Source of the DNA: Octopus sinensis
Lineage: Eukaryota
Direction: 5' to 3'
Assembly: GCF_006345805.1 (NCBI RefSeq)
Contig: NC_043007.1
Location: forward strand, 64,232,001-64,296,000
DNA length: 64,000 bases
The notes beneath the pieces are model-generated. The model was given only the letters and a program-made list of their open reading frames with translations, did not search any database and had not been told where the DNA came from. Positions 14,057 to 60,442 of this stretch are shown here, piece after piece. The stretch's first letter is position 1; each line of letters begins with the position of its first letter. Position numbers and translations under genes: made by a program.

Positions 14057-16560
14057 CCAGGTGACATGCCCAGTAATTCCCAGGAGAGCGGGCTTATCCT
14101 TGGTTCCATTCTCATAATTGTTTTGCTAATCCAGTAACAACAATACAAAGTATGTAGCCCTTAAAACGGTTTTTGTGTATTTATTGAGAATACCAAACCC
14201 TTTTGCAAAGGATCTTGTTTTTAGGAATTCCCAATAAGTTATGAATACCCAAATTGTCAAGTCAGTTATGTAATAACATGAATTTAATTACCCTATAGTA
14301 AGAATTCAAATAAAGCAGCCCCGAAAGGGCTTTAATATATTCCCAGAGTATATAGAACATAGGAAATACTAATAAGGTATGTATACTAAAATTGTGAAAC
14401 ATGTTACATAATAACAGGCTAATCAGATATGAGATAACAATTCAAAGTAATTAACTGTGAAAAAGCTTTTGTGCATTCCCAGAGAATATTATCCTCAGCA
14501 GTGCTAGTGTTGGTATATTTGTGAATGAGTCACTAACAGAAATAAGTGGATCTATTGTTTAGGAGAATACTATTAACTTGTACTGGATAAATCACAAAAA
14601 ATAACTAAAATAGTTCAAATATTAAGAAATAAGTATACTCAATTTCATTTTTACCAAATAATTTATGAAGGAGGGAATGGGTTATTTCCCTTGAAAGCTT
14701 AAAATAATTACGCCTGGCATTCAACTGGGCCTGAATGCTATTCCTCCCACTGTTTACCCAAACATTTTTTCAAAATCAATTTATACTTAAAACCTCCTCA
14801 GACACATAAGCAATGTGCGTGTGAAGTTTTAAGAAAAATGAGGACATACTGATACACACACGCACACACACATATTTTCAGTTTTAATATGTAAGATTAG
14901 GATTATATACTGTGCATCCTTTTTTATCAAATTGTATACAATGATGAAAATAGTTTTTTAGCATGCAGAATGTGAATCTATAACAAACAGGTATTAAAAT
15001 ATGTAATTTAACTTGATTGTTCAATATTAAAAAGAGAGAGAAAAGAATATCTTTGTATTTATCTGTGAGACTCTCACCAACACCATTCAGTTGATCTTTG
15101 CAGTTTGCAGTAGCTCGGTTAAGTTTATTACAGATGTCACAACTTTGAACGGAGTTAAGTCTTTTTCATATACGTTGACCTAAAGTATGAATAGTTATTG
15201 TTTATTTACATCATGATGAAGTTTTAGATCACCTAAGTTGAAATAATGATAATCTTGAATTAGTACAATGAATGTTTTTAAATATAACCTTCACTTTCTG
15301 TATGCACAAGGAAAAACTTGTAAGCTTTTGTAAATGATTGTGGGCATGCAAGAGTATGAGCACATGTTTTTGTTACAAAAATTTTATCAGGAATCCATTT
15401 TTTACTTTTAAATTAGCCTGTCTTGAAAACTTAAGTTGATATTTTGATATTCTGAGACCTGATTGAAGACCACAATTTAGCAAATTAAGGCAAAATCGAA
15501 ACACTAAATATGTCTCGATTTTATATTGAAATGTATTAATGTTTTCATTAGTTTAGTCAAAAAGCATACACTTTATAAGTGTATAATCTAACTTTTGTAA
15601 TGTAATACAGACTCATAGGATGGCAGAAAATGGCAAAACTGATGTATGTATCAATCTTTCGAAGTAAAAGATATTCATATGTAGCTTTTCAGTAATTCTG
15701 AAAGAATGTTGCAATATAATTTTTGCAGAAAAGGACTTCTGAAATAAAATTAGGTTTATATTTTGTTTGTACATGTACATATAATGATGGTTATTGATAA
15801 AATGCCTCAATTCTTCATAATTCTAGGGCAAAAATTGAGTTAGTTTCTTATGAATAAACACTCATTCATAGAATGTAAGAAATTGACCTGCATCTTAATT
15901 ATTGGACTAATATAATCATGGATATAATTTTAGCTGAGTATATCTTTTTTAATCATAACTTGATAAAGATATTGCAATTATAGTGTTTAAGAGCTCTTTG
16001 GAAGTGTCATTCAAGTGCATTGTGAAGTCATTACACTGAAGTATTGTACATAATAAATTAAATATAAAGAATGAAAGAATAAAAGAAGCTGATGGGAGAA
16101 AGTTTGGGTTTTTGGTACTTAGCTAGTATTCTGAGAGCCCTTAATACGAAAGACCACATGAGTGTTAAACTTTACCAAAGCATCTATACTGGTCTTTATT
16201 CCTTTGAACAGGCCTAAATTGATGTCCTGTTTGACAAAATCCCAATGTTAGTAGAACCATCTAATTCATCAGCCTTTATCTCACTATTCATTTCATTACT
16301 AGCTGGACCCATGAAAACTTCACAGAAAACATTAAAAATGTAAGCATCTGTAAATTGTGTGCTGGTGCTATGAGAAATGTTTCTATATTGTGTCACTTAC
16401 AGAATATAGAAAGAAGTGTAAAACCAATAACTATATAATCCAACCAAAATATCTCAGTTACGCAAACATAAACAGAATTACTATTTAAGCTTTAAAATAC
16501 ATTGTACAAATTCAAAGAATCCTCTTGGTTTAGTGGTATGGAATGTTCTTCTGGTATTCT

Positions 16561-16879
16561 TTTATTCTTTTACTTGTTTCAGTCATATGAGGGTGGTCAT
16601 GCTGAAGCACCGCCCTTTAGTTGAAGAAATTGACCCTTTGACTTATTCTTTGTAAGCCTAGTACTTATTCTATCAGTCTCTTTTGCCAAACAGCTCAATT
16701 ATGGGGGCACAAACACACCAACATCGTTTGTCGAAAGATGATAGTGGGGAGACAGTCAGACACAAACACACACGCATGCATGCACGCACACATAACTGAC
16801 TTCTTTCAGTTTCCGTCTATCAACCAAATCCACTCATGAGGCTTTTGGTCAGCCTGAGGGTATAGTAGAAGACACTCTT
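16561..16879 (-). mobile_element. SINE, same family as 8088
   Basis: acttgtttcagtcatatgag...gacttattctttgtaagcctagtacttattctatc...ttctttcagtttccgtc. Confidence 0.8.
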
Positions 16880-17359
16880 TAAAGTATAGAGTTGTACTTC
16901 GTGCAGCCACCATTTTGTAGGGAGTATGACCTATTTTTCTGGGCTCTTTTCACAGCTATACTCTGTTTGAAATGTGCATTAGTTTTTTGTATGAAAAAAG
17001 GGGAAAGGAGCGGGGCTTGTTTGTAGTTTGTAGAGAAAACCTTAAACGTGCCTGAGAAAAAAAAAGTCATTCCTGCCACTTAAAAGACATGAAGAACTAT
17101 CAAACAAGGAGAATAAGTATTGGATGGGGTAAAGAAGAGAGAACTAACACTCCATCTTTCTAGAAGTCCCAGAATGAAAATGTAAACACTTGAAAGTTTT
17201 CACCTCTATTCATTACTAAATGTCTTTCCTTCTTAATTGTTAAAAGTAAAGAAGCTAGAAAAGATTGATTGTATTTCAGTCTAAATGTCATTTTAAATGA
17301 GTGAGGCTTTCCTTTCTCTGTTGCTATCACTTCACTTCTTTTCTCTATGGTTAAAAGAG

Positions 17360-17660
17360 TGAAGGTACATGGCTCAGTGGGTAGGGGTATTCAGCCCACG
17401 ATCGTAAAGTCATGCGTATGATTCCTGGTGGCACACTGTGTTCTTGAGCAAGGTACTCTACTTCATCTTGCTGCGGTCCACCCAGCTGGCAGAAACGAGT
17501 TGTAGCTGTAATTCAAAGGGGCCAGCCTTGTCACATTCTGTGTGAGACTGAATCTCCCTGAGAACTATGTTATGGTATGCATGTCTGTGGAGTACTCAGC
17601 CACTTGTGCGTTAATTTTATGAGCAGACTGTTCTCATTGATCAGATAAACAGGAACTTTG
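17360..17660 (+). mobile_element. tRNA-derived SINE, second family
   Basis: tggctcagtgggtagg A-box-like head; ttcttgagcaagg; cttgtcacattctgtgtg core. Confidence 0.65.
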
Positions 17661-19043
17661 TGTTTAGTATAAGTACTGAAAGGTTTTAGTGACTTCGCCC
17701 TCAACTCAAGCTTAGTTTGATAACAACAGCTTGCGCATTGGTGGTGAAAGTGACATCCATTTGCTACAGTTATTTGTCTTTGATTTAACACTGTGTCGGT
17801 GTATTTATGTATCAACATATCTTTCTGTCTATGTATCTACTTTTCTTGCACTGTAAATACTTTACTCTGAAAATACTGATAAACATTTAAAAACACAAAA
17901 CGAATGCCACCTTCCTTTCAGTTACCACTCACTTTCTCTGTCACTCTCTCTTTCTGTCTCACTTCCTCTCTCTCCCGCCTCTCCCACTTTTAATTTATGT
18001 ATCTACTTTTCTTTCGATGTATGCATTAGTCTACTCTGAAAATACTCATAAGCAATTAAAAACAAACAAAAAAAGAAAGAAAAAGAAAGAAATGCTCACT
18101 TCCTCTCTGTCTCTCTCCTGCCACTTCAACTATACATCCTCTACCTAACACCTTATTTCTCCTTTTTTTTTTGTACCTCTCCCTTTAACCTTTTTACCTC
18201 TTCCTTTGAAGTAGGTGTGATACACACCACAGGTACATACAAAAACAAAAAGTTAGCGTATTAATATTATTGATGATGATGATTATCCATAAATATTTTC
18301 TACTTAAATTTGCTGTCTTTCTGACTTCGATTTAGTCTATTTGTAACTTATATACAAATGTTATTTACCTCTCATTGCACATTTTCTTCCTGTTTTCTTA
18401 TCTGATTATGTTTTTAAATGTTGAAATTGGGGAAGTTGGGGGTAATATCAATAACATTTAGTAACTTATTTGGAATTTGCATTTGTAGTGGAATAACCCT
18501 TTAATTAATGGTAAACTTATTTTGTACTATTATTTAAATTTTTTGTTGAATTATCAATAAAACAATAAAAATTGTTTCCTTTAATTCATGTAAAAGCAGA
18601 TTACTTAACTAGTGTTAGTTAAACTATCTGCTAGACATCAGAAAAGGTGTTAATATGACCTTTGTAGACTTGGTAATATTAATATAGTTGATGTTCAGTT
18701 TGAACATCTGTGGACATGCAGGTGGTTAGCAGTTAAGCAAGGTCTGACCCACAGATCCATCTTTCTAGTTACACCCTGTTTCTACCTAAATGAAGATCAT
18801 ATTGCACTCTGTAGCATTAAATGGTAAATCACTTAGGATACTGCGTGAAAGTGAAGAATATATTTCATTCTCTCCATCACTGTCCAGATGATTTCTTTAA
18901 AGCTGTAGATTCTGGAAATAGTTACTGCTGAGATAGGCAAAGTGGTCTTGGTCAGAGTGCAACAATTAATGCTTCATGTTGACTGTTATTAGTGAGTTAG
19001 TAAGGCTAGAGGTTGCAGCTATTTTTGTGTTTGTGTTCCTTAA

Positions 19044-19258
19044 CCCTTTAGTATTCAGATTATTCTATCAAAATAATGCTTATTTATTCACATTGTTTTG
19101 AATCATGGCTTATCTCATAGCTTCGAGACTTCAATGATGTGATTGATCGTTTTTAGAATGACATTTTAGAGTACATGTGAGAGGTCAGATCTGGCTGGTC
19201 TGAACATAAAACGGGTGGAATATTTGGGCCGGATATGGCCGGTTTAAATGCTAAAGGG
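19044..19258 (+). mobile_element. TTAA-flanked piggyBac-like MITE, family 1, ~430 nt upstream of the first exon in the window
   Basis: TTAA-CCCTTTAGTATTCAG...TAAATGCTAAAGGG-TTAA; colinear with 3645-3865. Confidence 0.85.
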
Positions 19259-19687
19259 TTAAGGTTGTCTGGGCTGAGTAGGAAGAATTAATGTTTTGGA
19301 GATGTAGTAGTGCTCTGAGGTGTTGTATGTGCCTAGATGCTTGTGACTTGAACTTTGGAAGTTGTATCTTGCTGCAGCAAGCAACTGCATTCTTCATATG
19401 TCTTTCACTTATAGTATTTTTATTATGTTGTGCAGGTGGTTTATAGTTGTGGTTTATGTACAACCACTTGTAATACATATAACTTTTCAGTTTGTGTTCT
19501 TTGTAGTTTGTTGTGGAGAGGCAGGTGTTAGCTACATATTCTTTTCATTAACAATTTACTTGTTTTCTGCTAATTTATTATTTAACTCTTCAAAATGTTT
19601 TAAAAATCTTTTAAAATTGAATTCTTTGTAATGAGAGGGTATTACAAATCACTATATACATATATATATAATTTTAATCTTTTGCAG

Positions 19688-52469
<32,782 letters not shown>

Positions 52470-55400
52470 GTAAATCAACGTTATGCAACGTTTATCAAAT
52501 ATTTGTAACAGGGAAGATCTTATTGATTTTTCTAGCATGCTTGCTACCTCTCAATAATAGTTCAGCTCTATATTCAAAGAGGGGTGTAGAGAGAAACTGT
52601 GTGTTCGCCATAATTGAGATTATGCCCAGTTTACTTTTAGCTTCAAGTAGATGTGCAGGTTTTTAATAATTAAACATTTAATGTAATTTTAAAGAATTGT
52701 TAGATGTACTTTGAAATCAGTCTCTAGTTGCCTTTTAAATTGGAAAAATAAATAACTTTTTATAGAGCTTTTATGAATCATTGAAATAGAAATAGCTAAC
52801 AAGATTTCTCCAATAGAGTAAGAGGTTATTACTTATCAGTAATGTTTAACATTTCATTAGCAGACCATGTGATTAGAAAATTTATATCACAATCACCTGA
52901 TTCAGTATTCAATCCTACTATGCAGTTTCTACTGTTGCTTCAAGTTCACCCGAGCCTTATAAGGGAAACTAGGTAGATAAAAAGTGTGTGGAAGCTCAAC
53001 TGAGAAACTGTCTGTTGAGTGGTAGATTTAACATCATTACTTGACTCTCAGGTGCTTGTAACAGAGTTCACTCTGTTGCAGTTATTTTAGCTTGGTATTT
53101 AGTCTGAAAATAACCCACACTTATGGTTTTACCCTTTCTTTCCTCTTGTTCCAGAGGTGCGCAAAATAATTAAATGTCAATAGGATTTGAAAATCCTGAT
53201 TTGATTTCATTGAAAGAATGCTCCTGAATTTACCCATAATATTAGCCAACTGATTTTGAAGATTCAAAGATTGGGTTGTGAATACTTCATAGAATTTTGT
53301 TTATTTACATTTGAGATTTAAGTTTAGCTTCAGAGAATTCATTTAATATATGATGCACATGCTTTGTTGTATATAGGTGTGCATGTACATAATGTTTGTT
53401 GCATTATATATATATATAAACTGGGAAATGGGTATTTCAACTATTATTTCACTTATTTGTTTACCCCTCTTTGAGCTGATGTACATTTTTACTAAGATCC
53501 TAATAACATAATTATGAAGATTCCCTGGTACAAATAGCATATTTTTCTGCTACTGCTTTATAAAAAAATTTCAAAAGCTTCTTTGGCATTTAAGTTTCTT
53601 AAACACATTGCTTTTTAGATGCAAGTAATGTGGTTAATAAATAAACAATCACTCTTTATTTAATCCAATTCCTAATATCACTTGCATGCTATGCATTCAC
53701 TTACCTCTTCCATTTCTCTAATTTGCATCACTTTTTCATCTGTATGTCTTTATTTTGTCTTTCCATGGATGGCTGTTGTCTTGTTCAGTGTTTTGAGTAA
53801 TCTCTTTGCTGGATGTAAATTATTTATACACCTTTTCTCATTGCTAATTTGTTCTTTTTAAAAACTATAACTCATATTACTTAAAAGCATTCTTAGCAAA
53901 TTCTGAAATTTAATTGAAACGGTGTAAAAGATATATACTTTATAATAAACGTGGTGGTTAAAAGACTTAAATTTGGAAACTCTAATTTCTCTCAGGACAC
54001 TTATTTCTTTGATAATGAATATATTTTATGAACTAGTGCTAAAAAAAGAAAGGGTTTATAAAAATGTTTTATAAGGTTCAATTATAGTGACTAAGTTACC
54101 TGTAACCTATATCCAAAGACAGTCCCTAGTGTTTTGGAAAAGTGCACTGTTCATTTTACGTATTCATTTATTCAACATACTCAGTTAAACAATTAGTGTA
54201 TAATGAGAATAATTAAAAATACTCAACTTTTTTTTACATATGTAAGAAGTTCAATTAATGAAACTTTTCATGTAAACCATAAAGAATAAAAAGGAGAAGA
54301 AAAAGTCAATAATCAGGAATAAACACTAAAGAATATTGACCATACTATGATAATTTTGGTGTGCCATACTTAATTAGCTTTATATTAACCAAATTCAAAA
54401 TTATAATGAATAAAAAAAAAAAAAAGAAGTAACCCTTATATGTATCTACCTGCATGCACTTTTGTTGTAGTTAACACAAATATATTCAACAAGTAGCTCT
54501 TGACAGTTTATTTCTAATTTTTTTTTTTTTGTTAATTATGGATTATTTGCTTTTCTCTTTCTAAATTTGGGATCAAATATTTTTAACATTTATATGGATG
54601 CTGTTTGTATTTTGTATTTTAGGATTCTGTTGAATGTTTCTGCTGGTGGTTTTGTTGGTTTATGTTATCATGTCACTTCCACAGTTTACTTTCTTAAATG
54701 TTTCTATATTGAAGGGGGTGGGGTGGAAAGCTATTTGTTTAGTAGCATAGTAATAGGTTTACATATATGGCTATGCACATTGTCACAATATTCATTTGCG
54801 CACATTATTCTATACACATATCATTAACAATTATTTATATTTTCCTACAATTTGAAGATATTTTTTTTTTAAATGGCAATATACTGTAGATGTTGCAAAT
54901 TTATAATTATTAGTTTCTCTTAACTTGCTAAATACTTTCTGAAAAATAGTCGGATATTGGGTAGATTTTCTTTTAATCACATTTGGGTGGAGGTATTTCT
55001 TATTCTTTGTGTACCTATAAAGTACAGTTCATTCCAAAAGGCGACATTAATTAATATTAAATTAAATATTTTCCTCTGTTGAATAAGATTTGATTTTGCT
55101 AGATAATTGTCATCAGTATTGGATGACATAACAGTGTGCTTGACTACAACTTTCACTTCTATATTATAGTTGAATGATTGGTTAAAGGCAGCTAGGTCAT
55201 CGTTGCACAAAACACTATCTCTAACAGTGTGCATTTGGACTTAAAAACTACCTTGCATGCTAGCATGGGAAAATGCAGTGTATTGAAAGATGTTTATAAA
55301 ACTATTATGGGCAGAAATGCATGTGTTTATTGTCCACAGATGCTCTCTTTTTGGCATTTGTAGTCACATCTCAACATATGAGCATTCTGGATAGTGTAAA

Positions 55401-57199
55401 TCTTTTTGCCTCAAACTATATTGATCGATTTGAATTATTGGCAAATCTTAGTGATATTTTCATATGTTAATTTTTTAAGTTGCCACTGGTTCTTGCAGTA
55501 CTTTCTCAATATTTTGTACAGTAGTTGTAAGTTGTGTATTGATCTTCACATTTTTTTTTAGAGAAGATATTTCACAAAGTATTGGATCTAACTGATACCT
55601 GAGTAGATTGTAATATTAGCTAGTTGATGCAAGGTGCTGTTATTTCTGTATATCATTTCAGGTTAGTAGTTATACAGCAGCTCTTTTGTATGTAATGCTA
55701 TAAGAGACAGATGTTTGTGTGAGTGTATCAACTTCATTAGTTCTTGTCTTATTAGTGCATGCAATTAGTTGATTTCCACATTTATTTCCTCCAACCGGGT
55801 TAGTTCTAAACCAATTATTACAATTGTATAGCAATATAAATGAAGTAGAAAGTGAATATGAAGTTTATCAAATATTTTTTCAAAGTCATTCCTTCAATTC
55901 TCTTCCCAAAGAATTTGCCTTTTTTCTTGTTCTAACCAGTTGCCTGTGACCATGTTGAAGCCACATATTGTCAAAACACTTGTAAAAATTTAGTTTAGAA
56001 CCCCCAAGTCATTTTTCTCAATCAAAAGTTTTAAGTATTAGGTAATTTTTCCTCAGACATTTTCATTGAAGTTAAACTGTTGTTGTCTCAATGCTTCCAT
56101 TTCATTTTGTTACCTTGTTTTTCCTTCTTTCTTTAAAATATAAAGAAAAGGTTCATTTTCCTTGAGTGAATTAATCTGACAAAGGAATATAGGTGAAAGT
56201 TATCAATTTCTGTCACATCTGTGGGTGTTATAAAAAAGATTTGTTGTTGAATTTAGCTTTGTATAAATATAATTCTAAACATTTCACTAGCTTGTATTCT
56301 ATATATTCCTGCAAAATCAATTTCTTTATTTCTTATTAGTTTGGAAGAAAGAATTCTGTTTGGTTTGGAAATATACACACTTAGTTCTAATAGAGGTACA
56401 ATGTATTAAACCTCTTGATTATGTTCAGTATATATTATTTTGATGAATTTTATATTCATTCATCATTTTAACAGAACAAGTCTACTCAAATGAATTATGA
56501 ATATGATTTGTTACGTAGTATTAAATATATAATATGAGTACTAAATTTAACTGCCTTAGTTTAATAATTATTAGTATTTGTATTTAAATACAAAGGTTGA
56601 CTGCTTTATTGGATAATGCTTATGAAAATTCATTTTATAAGTAGATAAGTTTTTTTTAATCATAAGAACACGTGCTTAGAAAATTTTACTGTCATAGTAA
56701 ACTTCACCCCTCTCTTTTTTTTATCCCACCTATCTGTCTATCTACCCCCCTACCCCCGCATGTAGACACTAGTCTTTAAGTGCCAGATCTGTGGCTAACG
56801 TTGCTAATGAAAGGAATGGATTTCAGTTATTTCAAGAGGTGCTCTTCATCAGATTCGATCTTCACTAGCTGTTTCTCTAGTTTGCAAGACTGACAAATGC
56901 CATTTACTCTTTGTGTGTATTTATATTAGTATATGTTAATAGTGTATATGTATATATTATTGCATTGAACAGAGGTGTGTTGATGTATGTTGCATCCAAG
57001 AGGTAAGGTGGAGAGGAGCTTCAGCCAAGTTCCTCACAGGCAAGACACATGGGTATAAAATCTTCTGGGAAGGTAACAGTGACAGAATAGGTGGTGTGGG
57101 CATACTTCTTGCAGAGAAATGGGTGGATAAGGTCATAGAGATAGTCAGAGTATGTGATAGAGTACTTAAGCTCAGGTTAGTCTTGCAGAATAATATAGC

Positions 57200-58314
57200 T
57201 ACAATTAAATCTGCGTATGCCCCATGAGCGAACCTACCAAATGAACGGAAGGACCACTTTCATGATTTTCTTCTGCAGGCTGCCTCAAAGATGAGTGACA
57301 ATGATCTCATCTTCATGGCTGGGCATGTTGGACAGCAGCCTGGTATCTTCCATTGTGGTCATAGAGGCTATGGAATTGGTCCCTGAAACAAAGAGGGAAC
57401 AAAGTTACTGGAGTTCTGTGATGCAAATAACCTTTTAATCTGCAACACCAACTTCAGGAAGCCAGCCAGCTACCTGATAACCTATCAATTTGGTAACTCT
57501 GCTAGCCAGATTGATTTCATTCTCATCAGTCTGTGTGTGAACAGCTATGCTGCATGGCAGTGAAATATGGGCTATGACAGCTGAGGATATGCGTAGGCTT
57601 GAAAGAAATGAAGCCAGAATGTTTTGCTGGATGTGCAATGATCTGTGTGTATATTGAGAGAAAGATTGAGCATCTTGACAGAAAAGTTAGACATAAGAGG
57701 AATCATATGTGGTGTGCAAGAGACGACTGCACTGGTATGGTCATGTGATGCATATGGATGAGGATAGCTGTGTAGAAAAGTGCTAATCTTTAACTGTGGA
57801 GGGAACCTGTAGTAGAAGTAGACCCAGGAAGACATGGAACGAGGTGGTGAAGCATGATCTTTGAACTTTGAGCCTCACAGAGGCGATGTCTGGTAACTGA
57901 GACCTTTGGTGATATACTGTGCTTGAGAGGATCCATCAAGCCAAGTGCACTCGTACTGGTGACACATAAAGAACATCTTTTGAACATTGTATCTCACAGA
58001 GGCAAAGTGGCTGAGTTCCTTTCAAGCATTGGGCCTCATGGAGGCAATGACCAAGACCTTTGTCCTTACGTCATGCTTCAGAGGAAGACCCATCAAGTTG
58101 AGCAAAATCGCAGTCGTGGCAGATGCCAGTGTCACGGAAATTGGCATGTAAATGCACCCATTACACTCTTGGAGTGGTTGATATTAGGAAAAGTATCCAG
58201 CTGTAGAAAACCATGCCAAATCCAACTGGAGTCTGGTGTAGCCTTCCTGCGTGCTAGCCCAGTCAAACTGTCCAACCCATGCCAGCATGGACTATGGATA
58301 TTAAATGATGATCA
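57200..58314 (+). mobile_element. Internally deleted RTE-clade LINE (endonuclease fragment joined to RT C-terminus, 3' UTR and ATG-repeat tail)
   Basis: GTKLLEFCDANNLLICNTNFRKPASYLITYQFGNSASQIDFILI is fused at ~57529 to TAMLHGSEIWAMTAEDMRRLERNEARMFCWMCN; tail ccaacccatgccagcatgg...aatgatgat. Confidence 0.85.
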
Positions 58315-58358
58315 TTATGTGTGTATGTTTGTGTGTGTGTGTATAAAAATATGTATAA

Positions 58359-58404
<46 letters not shown>

Positions 58405-58490
58405 TTACTAATACATATTTTTATACACACACGTGATCATCATTTAACATCCATAGTCCATGCTGGCATGGGTTGGACAGTTTGACTGGG
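58258..58490. repeat. Local inverted duplication centred on a (TA)n run
   Basis: 58258-58314 and 58434-58490 are reverse complements with 1 mismatch in 57; the inner unique sequence tataaaaatatgtat is also mirrored. Confidence 0.9.
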
Positions 58491-59426
58491 ATAACACACT
58501 GGAAGGCTACACCATACACACACACCCACATATAATGTATGTATATAAATTAGAGAAGAACCACCATGTAGCGATTCAACAATGATATAATTAAATCATA
58601 CCATATAGAAAACATGCCTTAAAATAAAAATAAAAAAAGATTGTGTAGGATATTAGGCTGCCATTATTCAACAGGTATAAGCCTAGTCCAGATGATAAAA
58701 GTAATTTCACACTTACTTGACAGGGTGCTGCTAACTATTCAACTAAGATTTTCAGTTCTGGTACAAGACTAGCTGTCAAAATTCTTATGTTCCCATATGA
58801 TTGAGCCAACATAATGACTGTTTGTGCCAAGAAAGATATTTTCATTTCATGCATTCCCCCATTCCATCAGATATACCACTTAACCTCAAGCAACTTTGGT
58901 TTCTAGTGTCATTATCTTTTTTCTATTACTGTTAACAAATTTTAAGGACAGTCCCCCAGGGTTACAGGAATTAAATTGACATATTCTAGTTCCTCACATA
59001 GCTCAATGTTGCATGTTGTGTGTGTTGGTGTATATATGTCATGTCTACTATAATTTACTAACTAGCTAATATCTAACCCAATGTATCGAATGCCACTGAA
59101 ATATTGATGTACTGTTACTAACAGCCAGATAAAAGATAAAGACTTCTAGATCCTATTAAATAAAAGACCCTACAACACCTGAACATTAAATAAAATAACA
59201 AAAGAAACAATCCAAATCAGATAAACTCTTATACCCGAGGGTAAAAGAACTTTAAAAACAATAGAGCATCAAATGGGGATAACTTCAATAACGGACAACA
59301 TACCAAAATGGGGAACTATAAATAGTGATATACACCACAAAACAGTGGCAGTTTTAATCCAAATAGACAAAAAATATCTTGTTAGCAATTTCTCTTACTA
59401 TATGTGTGTGTATATGCATATGTGCG

Positions 59427-59488
<62 letters not shown>

Positions 59489-59554
59489 GGTCCCGGGTTG
59501 ATTCGGGGTTAACCACAGTAAATAAGGTACTCAATACATAGCAGAGTAAAATTA

Positions 59555-59688
59555 ATTTATTATATAGAAGGAGCTTCTACAGGACTAGAACTGTTTCATT
59601 CAAGAGAAATCTTCAGGAAGCACTTCCTGAAGATTTCTCTTGAATGAAACAGTTCTAGTCCTGTAGAAGCTCCTTCTATATAATAAAT
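59555..59688. repeat. Perfect palindrome (66-bp arms, CA loop) containing a hammerhead-ribozyme-like motif; Penelope-like/retrozyme-type element
   Basis: 59555-59620 is the exact reverse complement of 59623-59688; CTGAAGA...GAAAC...GTA core at 59623-59669. Confidence 0.85.
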
Positions 59689-60442
59689 AAATATATATAT
59701 ATATGTGTGTGTGTGTGTATTGTCAAACAGATTCTAAAGAGATGTTGTTGGTCTGTGTTGGCAAAGATTTTAGTATTTAGTAAAATCAAAAAAAAAATAG
59801 TTCAGACAACTTGCCTTGGTGAGTAGAAAATCCAGTGTTATGGGCAGTCTTTCTTCAGGTAAAAGTTGACAAGTGAGAAGATTGAGGGATTGTAGAGTTT
59901 AACATCCTCTAAGCTACAGTCAGTTTGTTTTTAACTTGAGGATGTAAAATTTTGCTGTTTCTCTTGTCAATTTTTCCCTGAAGAAAGACTGTCTGAAATG
60001 TTGGGTTTTCTAACCCACATAGCAAGTTCACTCTACTCTTTTTCTTGATTCTACTTTATGTGTGTATGTATATGTGTGTGTGTATGTATAATTCATTATC
60101 ATAGACTTTGAGTACTTTAAGTGGTAGGACATAGTTGCTTTTGAAATTGTCACCACCTGGAATGTTAATGGTATATGTGTGAAGAAGCATTATGTATGTG
60201 TGTGAGAGAGAGAGAAAAAGGACAACCCAATGATGGCTTAGTCAGCCAAAACTTTGAAGTCATTACGGTTTATTAAAGGATAATAAATTTGTACTCAGCA
60301 TAAAAACAAGCATTAATACACTTGCACACAGAATATGGTAGAGAAACCTTCTGTACTTTACAGAGCCATTGGTGTGGTGCTAGGGAAATTGAAATAGTGG
60401 TACCACACACCTTTGTATGTATGCATATTTAAATGTGTATAT

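Noticed and set aside
14314-14330. Small hairpin agccccgaaagggct
   Set aside because: Only 5 bp with no supporting ncRNA context.
1-19687. Upstream MARK exon with the Gly-rich loop (GKGNFAKV)
   Set aside because: Not found by eye; GGAAACTTTG at ~2150 reads GNFV-stop. The exon presumably lies upstream of the window.
53125-53190. Strong acceptor-like tract (ttttaccctttctttcctcttgttccag) as the UBA exon or a microexon
   Set aside because: The phase-1 frame reads EVRKIIKCQ-stop with no UBA similarity, and there is no credible donor.
56779-56799. FKCQICG, a C2H2 zinc-finger-like start
   Set aside because: Followed immediately by a stop, with no His pair or linker.
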